63,835 bases of DNA, filler included, from Folioceros fuciformis (GCA_049999805.1; 13 parts of 13 records of this genome joined end to end with filler, not necessarily neighbours in it), one strand, 5' to 3'; counted from the first letter of the whole stretch, positions 25,668 to 39,106 are shown. Numbers and translations: made by a program. The notes: a model not told the origin generated them from the letters alone.

Positions 25668-27601
25668 TTAGGTAGTATTTCCAGGGACTGAAAACTCTCG
25701 CAGCCCAAGGGCTGCACTGTGTTTGTAATGTTTGAGCTTAGGTAATCCTTTCGTAAGGAGATCAGCAGTATTGTCCTCAGTGCTTATGTATTCCACTTTA
25801 ACCAGTCCCTGCTCAGCTACATCTCGTATGTAGTGATGGTAGAGCTCGATATGCTTGGTACGAGCATGGAACCGGGGATTTGACACCAAGGCTATAGCAG
25901 ACATATTGTCACACTTAAGCTGAGTTGGGCCAACTTGTGTCTGATGCACAGAATCCAAAAATTGGCGCTCCCACTCAGCTTCTTTACATGCATNNNNNNN
26001 NNNNNNNNNNNNNNNNNNNNNNNNNNNNNNNNNNNNNTTAATTAATTAANNNNNNNNNNNNNNNNNNNNNNNNNNNNNNNNNNNNNNNNNNNNGAAGAAA
26101 GAGCGATAGTCGATTGTTTCTTGCTGCTCCAAGATATGGCTCCTCCTGCTAGCAGTGTAACGTAACTACTAATGCTTTTGCGGCTCTCGTGGTCTCTCGT
26201 TTACACCATCAGTCATACGGCATCCTTACCCTTGGCACTATACATGATACCCCAGTCTGCTGTTCCAGCTATATACCGATACACCCTTGTCATGAGATCC
26301 TCGTGTGACTTATTGGGGTTTGAGACGAATCTGGAGGTAAGTCCTGAACTAAATGCCAAGTCAGGCCTGCTGCCTATCATCAAGTGCATTACATTGCCAT
26401 TCTTCGAAGGGTAGAGCTCCACATATGGCACGTCTTCTTCAGGTATGTCTCCTACTTGCTGGACATACTTCACATTCTGCTCTACTGGTGTTGCAATAGG
26501 TTTGCAACTAGACATGCCATACCTTTCAAGAATTTGTAATGCATACTTGTGTTGATGCAGGAAGATGGTACCTGCGCTTCTGTTTCTGAGGAGCTGCATG
26601 CCCAGATAGTAGGCAAGTGCTCCAGCTTCTGTTATCTTAAAATCTCTTTTCAAATGTTCTTTCAGCTCATAGATCATCCTTCTAGAGTTGCTCAGCACTA
26701 TAATGTCATCCACATATATAGCGAGCGCTAGGAAATCTGCACCTTCTCTCTTAACATACACGTTACTGTCTGCGTGTAGGCTTACATATCCAAGTTGCTG
26801 CAGGTATGTATCAATCCTCTCGTATCATGCTGGTCGGCTTTGTTTGAGCCCATACAAAGTCTTCTGTAGTTTATAAGATGGACGAAGTATGTTCGAAGGT
26901 ACTGCTACCCGTGGAGGAACCTGCATGTAAATCTCCTCCTGCAAGTTACCGTACAAGAAGGCTAAACGTGTCATCATAATCGACTCCGGGTACTTGTGAG
27001 TATCCTTTTGCTACTACTCTGCCTTTGTAGTGGGCTATACTCCCATCTGTCTTCAGTTTGATTTTAAACACCCACTTGCACCCCACTTGCTTGCTGTCTG
27101 CAGGTAAGCTTGCAATAGTCCATGTTTTGTTCTCATGCAGGGATGCCAACTCCGACTGTATGGCTTCATGCCAATGCTCAGCATCTGGACAGCTTAAGGC
27201 TGCCTCATAAGTAGGAGGCTCATAGAATAAAGTGTTGGCAGCTAGACAGTGTGCCAGATTAGTCTTAGGGCGCCTGAAATCATCTGACACATACATATTA
27301 GGAGGCTTTTGAGCTCTAAGGGATCACTGAGGCTCGAGGTGAGCAAGCTTGTCCTTCCTCCTATGTAGTCCTTCTGGTGTAGCTATCGAAATGATTGTCT
27401 CAGGTGCATCAAGATCAAGGGTAGAAGGGGACTCAAACAAGCTGCGGGAGCTATGCACTCGCAGAGGTGTGTGCATTACAGGGGACTGTGGCGCAATTGG
27501 TGGTCTGGGAGGTGCCACTAGAGGTTTATTCTGTGCTGGAATGGGTCCTGGAAGAGGTACCGGAATCTGTCCAACAATCATCTCCTCCACTTCTTTTGTG
27601 G
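25668..27601 (-). mobile_element. Ty1/copia RT-RNase H remnant spanning a linker
   Basis: [44 protein letters not shown] | ACKEAEW, CDNMSAI, RTKHIELYHHYIR and ADLLTKGL. Confidence 0.92.
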
Positions 27602-27701
27602 NNNNNNNNNNNNNNNNNNNNNNNNNNNNNNNNNNNNNNNNNNNNTTAATTAATTAANNNNNNNNNNNNNNNNNNNNNNNNNNNNNNNNNNNNNNNNNNN
27701 N

Positions 27702-28922
27702 CCTTTGAAGTGGACCTTCCTCTCACCATGAGGGCATTAGAACCTTTCAAAGGTTCCATATTCTTCCTGTTCACCTCCTCTGTTAACAGGCTACCTTCTA
27801 CATTTACAACGGTAAGACCACTAGCAGGAGCGGAATTACTCAGAGCCGTACGGAAGGTGTCCCAGCTCTCTGGTAATGTGGCCAACAGAAACATAGCTCT
27901 CACGGAATCTGGGAACGAGATACCTTGAGATGAGAGCTGGCTGAAAATGGTATTGAACTCATTCAGATGATCAAACATCCTCGTCCCTTCCTTCATCTTC
28001 AAGTCCACCAGCTGTTTCAACCAATACACCTGAGAAGCCGCACTTTGCTTCTCATACAAGTCACACAGCTTCTGCCATAGCTCGAAACTTGTGGTCTTGT
28101 CTTTCACGTTGAAGTAGACCGACTTCGACACTGTTAGCATGATGGTAGACCTAGCAAGCTCATCTAGATCCTGCCACTCATCCTGAGTCATGCTAACAGG
28201 TTTCACTCCTAGCAGCTTGATGGGCTTGATCTGCTTCTTCTGTACTAGAACATTATACACTTGTTCTTTCCAGAACGGGAAGTTAGTACCATCTAACTTC
28301 TCGATATTGAACATGACGTTTTCAGAGGACGTCATGCTTCAAAATCGATCCAAATCAACCAAAAAGCTAGTTTGAAATTGGTCGAAATGAAACGTAGATT
28401 CTACAGGTTACCCTCACAACTTCTTCCGAATCGTATGTCCACAACTTGGGCCTCTGTCGCTCATAACAGGAATGTCCTCCTACATCTGATCGAGATCCAG
28501 ACTTCCTCAGCCGGGGTCAATACGGCGCCCACACTCTCGCTCCCGGCATCTGCGATTTGTTCACTTTCGGCGCTCGTCAATTGGGTCCTCGCTTCACTGG
28601 CACGCTCGTTTCGCGCATCACGGGCGCCCACGTGGTGCCCGGTGGCGCCTAGGTGGTATCCAAGTGGCGCCTAGGTGGCGCCTGCCTAGCGCCCAAGTGG
28701 TGCCCAAGTGGCACCTATGTGGCGCCCTGATGGCACCCAGTGGAGCCCATGTGGCGCCTGGGTGGCGCCCAAGTGGCATTGGGTGGCCCCGAGGTGGCGC
28801 CCGCGTGGTGCCCAAGCGGCGCTAATGTGGCGCCCTCTGGCACTCACATGGCGCCTAGGTGGCGCTCGTATGGCGCTGATGTGGCGCCCGGTGGCGCCCA
28901 AGTGGCTCTCACATGGCGCCTA
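27702..28922 (-). mobile_element. Ty1/copia gag 5' region with GC-rich GTGGCGCC-repeat leader (~28620-28922)
   Basis: ORF FNIEKLDGTNFPFWK...LPESWDTF...SLLTEE (copia gag). The upstream ~300 bp consists of repeated (G)TGGCGCC/GGTGCCC motifs. Confidence 0.85.
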
Positions 28923-29022
28923 NNNNNNNNNNNNNNNNNNNNNNNNNNNNNNNNNNNNNNNNNNNNTTAATTAATTAANNNNNNNNNNNNNNNNNNNNNN
29001 NNNNNNNNNNNNNNNNNNNNNN

Positions 29023-29326
29023 CTGTCCAGATCTCTCAGCTCGAGAGCACTGTCCAGATCTCTCAGCTCGAGAGCACTGTCCAGATCTCTCAGCTCGAGA
29101 GCACTGTCCAGATCTCTCAGCTCGAGAGCACTGTCCAGATCTCTCAGCTCGAGAGCACTGTCCAGATCTCTCAGCTCCATAGCACTGTCCAGATCTCTCA
29201 GCTCCAGAGCACTGTCCAGATCTCTCAACTCCAGAGCACTGTCCAGATCTCTCAACTCCAGAGCACTGTCCAGATCTCTCAGCTCAAGAGCACTATCCAG
29301 ATCTCTCAACTCGAGAGCACTGTCCA
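29023..29326. repeat. 27-bp minisatellite CTGTCCAGATCTCTCAGCTCGAGAGCA, ~11 copies, running into gap
   Basis: Direct reading; translates as (LDSALELRD)n on the minus strand. Confidence 0.95.
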
Positions 29327-29444
29327 AGAGACTCTTGCTGTGGGGTCTGTGAAAGACAGACTCATCCGAACTTTGGAGGAACATGTGGTAAGGGTTTTGG
29401 AGGAACAGGTGCAGGATCTGCGTCTCAAGTTAGTAGAGTTAGTA

Positions 29445-29580
29445 GAGAGCAAGGGGCTTACAACGCTCCGAGGTTTGTGGGAACATCTTCAGATCAAGGG
29501 GTTTACAACGCTCCGAGGTTTGTGGGAACATCTTGAGAGCAAGGGGCTTACCACGCTCCGAGGTTTGTGGGAACATCTTC
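29445..29580. repeat. 45-bp tandem repeat x3
   Basis: AAGGGGCTTACAACGCTCCGAGGTTTGTGGGAACATCTT core repeated three times. Confidence 0.9.
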
Positions 29581-30354
29581 AGGAGGAGCTCATTATTGCT
29601 CATGCTTTGGAGGGTAGGGATTGGTTTAAGAAACGTTTCGCTGCTCAGCAAGGTGGACGCGCGCATAACTGCCGGATCCCCCTGGAATTTCACCCCCGCC
29701 AATTTGGGCTGAAACTCCTATAATCTGAATTTCGCAAGATGCAGAAGGGGCACCAAGCCCAAGCAACCTTTTTGGTATGAGATCTGAGCCGGCGCCGTCC
29801 AAAACCACCACTGAACGACTAGAAACCTCTAGCGTCAAATCCTTCGAAATCTTGAGCTGATTGAAGGCTGAAGGAGGCGTGCTTCTGAGGATAGAGGCGC
29901 CCAGCACAGCGTTCACGCTGGCCGAGTCTCACAGCTGGCGCACGCTTCAGTGCCATATGGTACCTCCTCAAAATTTCTTGATGCTCCGACATTGTGTACT
30001 GAAATCGGAGCCTGTGCCTGCTCAAATCTGGACTTTAGAGGATCAAAAGGAGCGCCAAGAGAAGGCACACTTGCTGCCAAAGTTTTGCAGCCGGCGGGTG
30101 AGCCGTCGCCTGTCGACACCTCCTGAAAGAATCTGGCCGCTCCAAATTTGCCTGCTGAAATCTCAACCTTACCTACTCAAACACCAAACTATTTTATTAT
30201 TAGAAAAACTATTTTATTATTAGAAAAACTATTTTATTATTAGAAAAACATGTATGGTTGAATGTAAGAGAAACTATGAATAAGTATGAAATAGCTTCAT
30301 ATTACAAATACCAAAGGCATAAGAAAGAAAGGCGTTGCATATTAGAAGAACATT

Positions 30355-30551
30355 TAGATTCACATCATAATGCCTGATGAACTTAGTAATCAAACTTATG
30401 CTCTGATACCAAGTTTGTAATGCTTTGCGGAAGCGTTCGATCAAAGATAGTGTAGATTCACATCATAATGCATGATGAACTTAGTAATCAAACTTATGCT
30501 CTGATACCAAGTTTGTAATGCTTTGCGGAAGCGTTCGATCAAAGATAGTGC
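30355..30551 (-). mobile_element. LTR/PBS junction duplicated in tandem (~98-bp unit)
   Basis: GCTCTGATACCA (reverse complement of tRNA-iMet PBS) at 30400-30411 and 30498-30509, each followed by AGTT-TGTAATGC (LTR edge). Confidence 0.8.
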
Positions 30552-30619
30552 TTTATTAATGTTCGATCAAAGATAGTGCTTTACTAATTGATAAAATTGA
30601 TTACAAGAGGTGGGCTTTT

Positions 30620-32456
30620 ATAGCCTGTGTTTGAAGAGTTAGAGTTATACCTCTTCGGTACTAGATACCAAAGGGTATGACCACGCTGGGTTTAGCTAAG
30701 TTAACCATAACCAACGCGGTCTGTACTTCTAACTGTTTTTGTCTATGCCAGTCCATGACTAAGGCATTATGTTGAGCCTTGATAATACTCGTCATAGGAT
30801 TTTCATCCACACTTAACAAGTTGATTGGAACATTATGTGGTAGAGGATACTCCTCCACCCTTAGTTCCAAAGGTTCTAACTCACTTGCCAATATGCAAAA
30901 GTTGTGCAAAACACCCTAAACAGCTATTGTCTTCGCAGCATATTTCACATGTACATTGAGGTTCTTTAATATTCTCCACCTATTCTTCAATAAGGATAAA
31001 GCATTCTCTATAACAACTTGCCCATAAGAAAATGATAGCCTGTGTCTAAAGAGTTATACCTCTTCGGTACTAGATACCAAAGGATATGACCACACTGGGT
31101 TTAGCTAAGTTAACCATAACCAACGCGGTCTGTACTTCTAACTGTCTTTGTCTATGCCAATCCATGACTAAGGCATTATGTTGAGCCTTGATAATACTCG
31201 TCATAGGATTTTCATCTATACTTAACAAGTTGATTGGAACATTATGTGGTAGAGGATAGATACTCCTCCACCCCTAGTTCCAAAGGTTCTAACTCACCTG
31301 CCAATATGCAAAAGTTGTACAAAACATCCTAAACATCTATTGTCTTCGCAACATATTTCACATGTACATTGAGGTTCTTCAATATTCTCCACCTATTCTT
31401 CAATAAGGATAAAGCATTCTCTATAACTAATTGCCCATAAGAAAATGAAGAGTTGAATGCTCTTTGCTTTACATTAAGAAGCCTTTCATAAGAAAAGGGG
31501 TTAAAGGATACATGGAGTGAGCAACTACGGAAGGTGGTACTAGAACTCTCTCCAGTTCAATGATTGGCTCTACAAATACCTGTCTTGTGATAAGGCATTG
31601 CCACAAGGTACTATTCTTGAGAATATCAGCGTTGTTTGAACCTCCTCCACTATATGTACATATATCTATGAACGTCTTCTGGTTGTTACTTACTGCCATG
31701 TAATGCATATTGTATCATTTGGAATGATAGGCTGTTGGAGTGTACTGCTCAGCTGGTTTTGAGGCAAACTTGATAAGAGATCCATCTATAGCACCAATAA
31801 TATTAGGCAACAAGGTCCATTGCTCAAATGCTTTTGATATATCAGCTTGTCGCTTGATAAGAGATCCATCTATAGCACGAACAATATTAGGCAACAAGGT
31901 CCACTGCTCAAATGCTTTTGATATGTCAGCTTGTCGACGAGTTGACGTAATGACAATAAATGAAGAATATAGCTTGGCAGGGTCACTTAATATAAAAACA
32001 ATAAACTTAATATGGTGAACAACGATTGCATCAACAACACCACATCTCGAAGGAACGGTGAGCGAAGGAAGCCCGTGCCCAAGCCTATACAACATCAAAG
32101 CAATAACTCTATCATATGGTATTCGTGTTCTATGTGAGGTTTGTACCGGGAAAGGTTGTAGTTGTTGAACAAAAACCATGAAAGTCGGATATGACACTCC
32201 ATATTCTCTCCACCAATGCTCATGTCTTGGTTTAGGACCTTCCAAGTGCTAAGTTTGCATGTGTAGCTCTTCCCAAAGCCCTGTAGAGGATGAAGCCTTC
32301 CACCAAATACGACTCCTTCGTCTGCAAAGTCTCCACAAGAGCACCACTTGAAGCTGCCAAAAGTAGTGTGAACAAGACATGCATCACATTGTCATCGTAT
32401 CCCATATAGTGTACATCATCTAAGTGCAAAGAATGTGAATACAACCTTTGAAACAT
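30620..32456 (-). mobile_element. PIF/Harbinger transposase pseudogene with tandemly duplicated 3' end
   Basis: ALMLYRLGHG, LPNIIGAIDGSLI, MAVSNNQKTFIDI, HSMYPLTPFLMKGF and VIENALSLLKNRWRILK (DDE_Tnp_4-like). Duplications of ~415 bp (30620-31035 / 31036-31447) and ~81 bp (~31770-31935). Confidence 0.85.
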
Positions 32457-33046
32457 GACTTGAAGTATTATAGTACAACGTAGAATCCATAACCAAAAGT
32501 ATCAAAATTAGAAAAAAAAAAAAAACCAAGATAAAGGGCCGCCAAGTGCTGCTCCATCGAGGTCCGCTCGGTCCAGGTTGCCAGACAAAGCTACGAATGA
32601 AGAGGAGATCGGGCAAAAGGGCGAAGGACGGAGGCCTGATGCGTTGGAAGTGGCCCTCGCTTACGCTAACCCCGACCTCATGGTCAGAGGTCGTTTGTGG
32701 TTACCAATGATGGATGTATGTGTTCGGGTTGATCAGGAATGTAAGAAATTAATTTACCATGACTCTTCTGCCCAAAGTCGAGATTCGCGTTTTTTTGTTC
32801 TCCGTGTCGGATTCGTGGCCTTCGGTGCTGGTAGTGCCGAAGTGGAAGAGGACCGGAAGGTCGGAAGGCGGACCTTGGGAGGAGAATGGTTAGGGGGAGG
32901 TGATGGCCGCGAGGGGATGCCTTTGTTTCGTTCTTTGTCCTGTTGTTCTGCAGCTGCTGCTGTGGCGGCTGAATTGTGTTGCAGCTGCGGTAGCGGGAAG
33001 GCGGTTTGTCTTTGCGACTTAGGGTTTGGAAGTAGCCATTGCGAGG

Positions 33047-35128
33047 ATGGACGGCAAGACTGCGCACAGGGCCGCCAGGGATGGCCCTGCTGATAGAGTT
33101 CAGGAGAGGGATGAGGAGCGGGTGAGGAGCACCAGGGATCGGAGTAGAGACAGGTACAGAGGGAGTAGAGGTGACGGAGAGGACGGTGTTGATAGGAATG
33201 ACAAAGGTGACGAAAACGCGAGAGTTGACAGGAGTGACAGAGGGGATAAGATCGAGAAAGGCAAGCGTGGTGACAGAGGTGATCGGAGGGACAGAGGTGA
33301 TCGAAGGGAAAGAGGCGACCGAAGGGAGAGAGGGGATCGAAGGGAGAGAGGCGATCAGGGCGATAGGGGAGACAGGAGGGAAAGAGGGGATCCGGGAGAT
33401 CGAGGTGATCGGAGGGAAAGAGGGGACCAGGGAGATAGAAGTGACCGGAGGGAAAGAGGTGATCACGGGGACAGGGGTGACCGCAGGGACAGAGGTGATC
33501 GGAGTGACAGGGGGGATGCGATTGACAAGGGCGACCGCAGTGACAGAGACGAAAGGAGTGACAGAGGGAGGAATGGACAAGAAGATTCGATGTCGTTGTC
33601 CAAGTCCAGCGCGCGACCTCCGCGTCCTCGGTCGGAATCGCCAGACAATCGTAGGCAGCGGCGACGTCTGACGCCTTCCGAGGATCGGCCTGAAGATCCA
33701 GCTCAGCGGACTCCAGCAACCGGGGAACGACTAGAGGACGATGCGGAGGAGGAAGATCCTTCGCTCGCTATTATGAAGGCGACTCAAGCTGCGCTCGAAG
33801 CGAAGGAGAAGGAGAAGGTAGGTCAGATTGAGCGTGAATGCATGGTCTTTGCATCTTGAGTTGTTTGAGGTAGGGCTGTTCTAGCGCCGTGCTGTGTTTC
33901 TCAGCTTGTGTTGTTGTGGTTTAATATCTTCTGACAGGAGAAACCGTCACTAGAGTACTCCGGAAGACTTGCGGCAGAGACCAACAAAGTAAAGGGTGAG
34001 CGATGAAGTTCTTAGGAATCGCAAATTTTTTACTCTCTGAGCAGATTCAAGTTGGTTGTGGGGTCATGGAGTGATCCAGATGGGCTCTTTCCCTAAAGGA
34101 ACGTGACATCGATTGAGAAGGTTGGTTTAGCCCATTTGATGACCAGTCTTTAGACCCCCATGTTCTTCTCTTACTGACTCTAAGTTTTGTCCTTGCAGGT
34201 GTGACGTTGCAGTTCACTGAGCCTCCGGAAGCTCGTGTACCAACAATGCGGTGGCGTCTCTATGTCTTCAAGGATGGACAACCTATGAAAGGTTAGGACT
34301 GGTTTTCATAGCTGTGGACATTGGCAGGGCTGTAGATTTCCGGTGCTGACTAGTGACTATTTCCGAGTTTTGGTGTGTCATTGCAGATCCTCTTTACATT
34401 CATCGTCAGAGCTGTTATTTGTTCGGAAGGGAACGAAGAGTAGCGGATGTACCAACTGATCATCCTTCCTGCAGCAAGCAACATGCCGTCATACAATACA
34501 GGTGGGTGTGCCAAGTGGTGAGCAAGCTTTGTCCTCCTCTGTTTCCTTGTCTGTTGGCTGGATGTGTGAATAGTCCCCCAAGCATTACTTGACGAAGACT
34601 TCGTGACTTGTTTTGCCAGGTTGACAGAAAAAGAGAAAGCGGATGGAATGATGGGAACGAAAGTGAGGTACAGGCTACGTAACTTTCGCGTAGTCTTTCG
34701 CTTACGTTCACCATTCTAGCTGCAAACATGCAATAAATCAACGGTAACAGTAATCTGAGTCCGCTGAGCTTTATTCTGCTCACAACTCGCACAGGCCGTA
34801 CTTGATGGATCTAGGCAGCACCAACGGCACTTTCTTGAATGTAAGCCCACAATATTCCCATGTCCAAGACGATGCACGTCATCACTTAGGTTCAGAGCTG
34901 ACGGACGTGGCCAATGTGGCACAGGGGGAGCGCATCGAAGCGCAACGGTACTTCGAACTGATGGAGAAGGACACCATCGTATTTGGGAACAGCAGGTAAA
35001 TGATGCAGAACTACTTGGGTAACCAGAGCGTAGACGTGGAGGGACTATTCAGCAGATAGCAAATCTGACTTTCTGTGAACGCGTGCAGTCGCGAGTATGT
35101 TGTCCTCCACGAACATTCTACAGGTTGA
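33047..35128 (+). CDS. DDL: FHA-domain protein DAWDLE/SNIP1 homolog with long RD/RG-repeat N-terminus, multi-exon
   Basis: KEKEKPSLEYSGRLAAETNKV, FTEPPEARVPTMRWRLYVFKDG, PLYIHRQSCYLFGRERRVADVPTDHPSCSKQHAVIQYR, YLMDLGSTNGTFLN and VFGNSSREYVVLHE. Confidence 0.93.
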
Positions 35129-35885
35129 GCGACGAGTCGAACCTGCGAAAGGCTTCTGTGGAGCACGTGTAGAAACTTAGTGGGGATACTCTCGTAGGGT
35201 GGGGATGAGCCAGACTCCTCATGGTGCAGGGTAGTAGATGTCTTGGCGTACTAAGAAGTGTACTTCAATTTTTTGTGGAAAGACCCAACCAACTTCAGGA
35301 TTCACTGGCACAAATGTTTCGTATGCAGACTTATCGTAGGCAGGTTCGGTACAGTCATCATCAAGGCAAGCACCACAAGACCACAGCACCGAAGCCATAT
35401 TTTGGGTGCCCTCATGTTAGGTTTCTGTTTGAAGGACGAAATTTTAAAAAGGGGTACAGTGTAGTGTCTATCGGCATCCATTGCCGGGGTTTAGGCGATC
35501 GCATGTCCGGTCCTGAGTCGCTGCCCCCGACTAGCGGGAGACGCGAGAAAGCGCTCTTGCCAGTTGAACCGATTGATAACGCAGAGGTGGATTGTTTGTC
35601 TTGGCATCTGTAATATCATTATTTTAATAGTAAAGTAAGTGGAGTTACGAATTCTCCGACCAGACTCGCTCTCTGATTTGCTGCCCCTTGCAGAGTTGCA
35701 AGCCAGAGATTCCAGTCCGATGGCCCTCGTCGCATGGAGAGGTTCTCGTGCAGGGTTTAGGGTTTAACAAGTAGGCAGTTGCTCGGACGAGAAATGCAGC
35801 AGACCGTGGATTTGATGTGGCTGGCGTTGTGTGCTTGAGCATCGGCCAGCTTTCGTAAAATTTGGTGTGATTCCAGGAGGTGCCG

Positions 35886-37566
35886 ATGGTGTTGGTGAGG
35901 AAGCTGTGCAGGAATCGGGGAGCGGTAATGGACTTGCTGTTGCGATCTCCCTGTCCTGCCGTTTGGCATCCCACGACCGCGCGCTTGGCCAGGCGCGTAC
36001 TGACGTGCGAAGGGAATGCCTGGGTGAGCAGCAGGCCAGATGCTAGCAGCAGGATTGGGTTTCTTGCTGCCCGAGGAATTTTCCAGATTGGAAGGATGGA
36101 CGGAGCGGGGCCTGGCGGGAATGGCAGGAAGAGCTTCTCCAAGCTAGGGTTTGGGGAGGGGCCCTATCAGAGTGTCGCCACGGGAGGGGACGGTGGAGGA
36201 GGCGGGGGAGGGGCTGGGGACAGGTACACTGGCGGAGGTGGCCCGGAAGATGGAGAGCAGCCCGGCGGGAGCACCGGTGGATGGCGAACCTTGTTGGCTT
36301 GGTAATTCTTACAGCAATTTGGTGCCTGAGCTTTGCAAGCAATGCAGCAGGGGTGGCTGTGAAGTTCAGAGCCTCCGACCGATGATGCCATCAATCGGGG
36401 ACGACTGAATGCGGCAATGTAGGCGTCTGCTGTGTTGCTGCGGCATTAGTGATTGTCACAGCCTCCGCAGGGTTTCGTTAGGTTGGTTCATGCTCTGCGG
36501 TTTCCTCTTAGGTACATGTCGAAGCTTGAGGAGCATCCCGTGCGAACCAAAGCTTTGACGGCCGGCATCTTGAATGTTTTTGGCGATCTGCTTTCGCAGG
36601 TGAGGGCCAGGATCTGGGAGACGTGTTTTTGCCGGGGTATGCAATTTTTCGGGGACATAATCGTGTCGTGCTGCTTTTCGGCGCTGGTTTCAGGTGCTGA
36701 TGGAGAAGAAGGAGCACTTGGACCTGAAGCGGTCTGCCATGTTCTTTGTGATAGGATTGGGCTTGGTCGGGCCGGCTCTCCATTACTGGTACGGTTGTGA
36801 GTTGCTTGCGGAGGCGCGATGAAAACTCTTTCGCTCTCTGATTTGGCATGCTTTCTCCGCGCACTCGTGGAAAGCTTTTTTGCTTCGCTGACGATAGTAG
36901 ATTCAAGGTATTCTACTCTGAACAGAGTGATTACGCTCGGAGGCCCTAAAGGGGCAGGCCTGCGGCTTGTATGTGACCAGGTTAGCTGCTGTAAGTCCTG
37001 GAGACTGTTCGACCCCTGAATTCGTGTGACGAGACTTACATAACGGTTTGCTGCAGTTGGCGTTTGCACCATTGTTCATCGCAGCTTTCTTCACCGTCCT
37101 TCTGACGTTGGAAGGTCGACCGTCCGACATCGGTCCTAAGCTGCACCAGGTGAGCCATGGATTCTCAACCTCAATCTGGCTTACAAGCAAACCTTGAGTT
37201 CTTGTATGTTTAGTCCAGGCCAACGAATGGTTTTCTTGATCAAGGAGACTGATTCGTTGGCATTGCGACTAGGATTGGTCAGCAGCGGTAGTGACAAACT
37301 GGAAGATCTGGGTCCCGTTTCAGTTTCTCAACTTCCTGTTCGTACCCCCGCAGCTCCAGGTAGTTGTCGACCTGTCTGGGGGATCACGCGCTCCTGCATA
37401 GGAATTCACGTACTTCAGCTCCCCTAGCAACTTCTTTGTTCATACTGACGTGGCGGGTGTGTTGCAGGTTGCTGCATCCAACGTGATCGCGCTCGTGTGG
37501 AACATGTATCTATCATATTCAAGTCACAAGGAGGTTGAACATGCAGCTCCTTCACCATCGGCATGA
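35886..37566 (+). CDS. Mpv17/PMP22 family membrane protein with N-terminal transit-like and Gly-rich extension
   Basis: YMSKLEEHPVRTKALTAG, GLVGPALHYWY, DQLAFAPLF, NWKIWVPFQFLNFLFVPPQLQV and NVIALVWNMYLS. Start codon uncertain. Confidence 0.9.
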
Positions 37567-38293
37567 CGCCTGAATCCCGGCGCTAGGAAATCGGAAATGG
37601 GCCTTGTATCAATGGTCCCCTACCGGAGTTTACTTACAGGGGACAACTGAAGCTCACCCCATTTTGCACATTTCAAAACTCGTGTATGGCTGAAGCCCAA
37701 ATGACTCTGGCATCTAGAAGTCACCTTCCTTCGCTGGCCACGGAAGCATCACAGCGAGCCCCGTTTGCTGAGAGATCTGTGTGCCATCGGCTTGATTGTA
37801 GGAGGTCTCCAGGTGGAGGTGTTGTGTTTGTGAACGTCGTAAAACCGTGTTAAGACCACGCCCGTAGATTATGACCTCCAATCCTCCATCGCCAAGACGT
37901 CGCCTTCCAACCAATGACCCTTCAAAAGTGAAGGGCCTTCTGTGGGAGGAACCTCAAGACTTCCACGTGGTGAGAAGGCCACGAGGCCTCCATGCATGAC
38001 ACACCCTCCACACGCCTGCCTCACATTCCCTGACTGCTGCTCCGGAACCCCATAAAAATGATGCCCCACAGTGCAATTTGTCGGCGAAACGCGCATTCGA
38101 TCCTTCCGCTGCGAAGTACTCTGGCACTCGACTCCATTGCCAGGTAAGGGCTCTGCGATGCACAGCAGACTTGTGCAATTGGCTGTAACGTACAATGCAG
38201 TGGCTGAAAGGTGCAGTTTGAATCTCCAATGTGAGACAGGACAGGTTTTGCTCACCGCTGAGACCTCACGACATTGAACTTTGCCACGAGAAG

Positions 38294-39106
38294 ATGACGA
38301 TGACCTTGACGTCCACCAACATGGCTGCTGTGGGTAGCTTGACTCCCAGTTTGCAATCCAGACTCACCATTGGGACCAGGAATGTGGTATCCTTGGGGGC
38401 AATGAGGTCATCATCCTATGCAGGTACAGATTGAGAGCATACTGAACCCATGTCACTCCGTCCAGTTACCTTCAGGGATGCTCCTCGGGGAAGTAGACAT
38501 CTTCCCAGGACAGCTCTGCGAACATGTCTCCTTTCCCAAGGATCATCTCTGAATGCGGCATGGACCTCCGATCGATCTGTCTTCTGCTCTCACCCAGTTC
38601 CAGTGGCTCCTCACTCACACATTATCTTGGTGGGCTTGCAATCAGGTGCTCCTTTGAAACTGAGCAATGTTACATCGGGCTACCAGAAAGCGTCTGGGCT
38701 GTGTGTTAGAATGGAGGCGGAGGTGAAGACAGGGACAGGAGGCCCACAACCACCCTCCTCCCCCCCAGGTTTGGGAGGAACTGAAATTCCTCTCGGGGTG
38801 ATCACCACATCGGCTCCTTTGGAGCAGAAGGGCACTCCAGTGCCTCAAAGAATTGCTTACATCTGCCAAGATTGTGGCTACATCTACGACTTAGAGACTC
38901 CATTTGAGGAACAACCCGAGGACTACAACTGCCCTGGTTCGTACACTTTTCCTGATTGTCATACCAATGAGCTTGTCCTTCTGCCCAATCCGGCTTCTCA
39001 TGTTCTGGTATTTGATACAGTTTGCACTGCACCCAAGAATCGGTTTGTACCGTCCAACTCGACCGTGGAGGAAACTCGAGCTACTACTAAAGAGAACCAA
39101 AACTGA
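38294..39106 (+). CDS. Plastid rubredoxin-like protein
   Basis: AYICQDCGYIYD...FEEQPEDYNCP|VCTAPKNRF after removing the intron at 38937-39020. First exon looks like a transit peptide; 5' exon boundaries uncertain. Confidence 0.8.

Noticed and set aside
29023-29326. CRISPR-like array
   Set aside because: The units are head-to-tail with no unique spacers, there are no cas genes, and the context is eukaryotic.
32684-33719. Long minus-strand ORFs (298 and 321 aa)
   Set aside because: Antisense shadows of the low-complexity DDL repeat exon.
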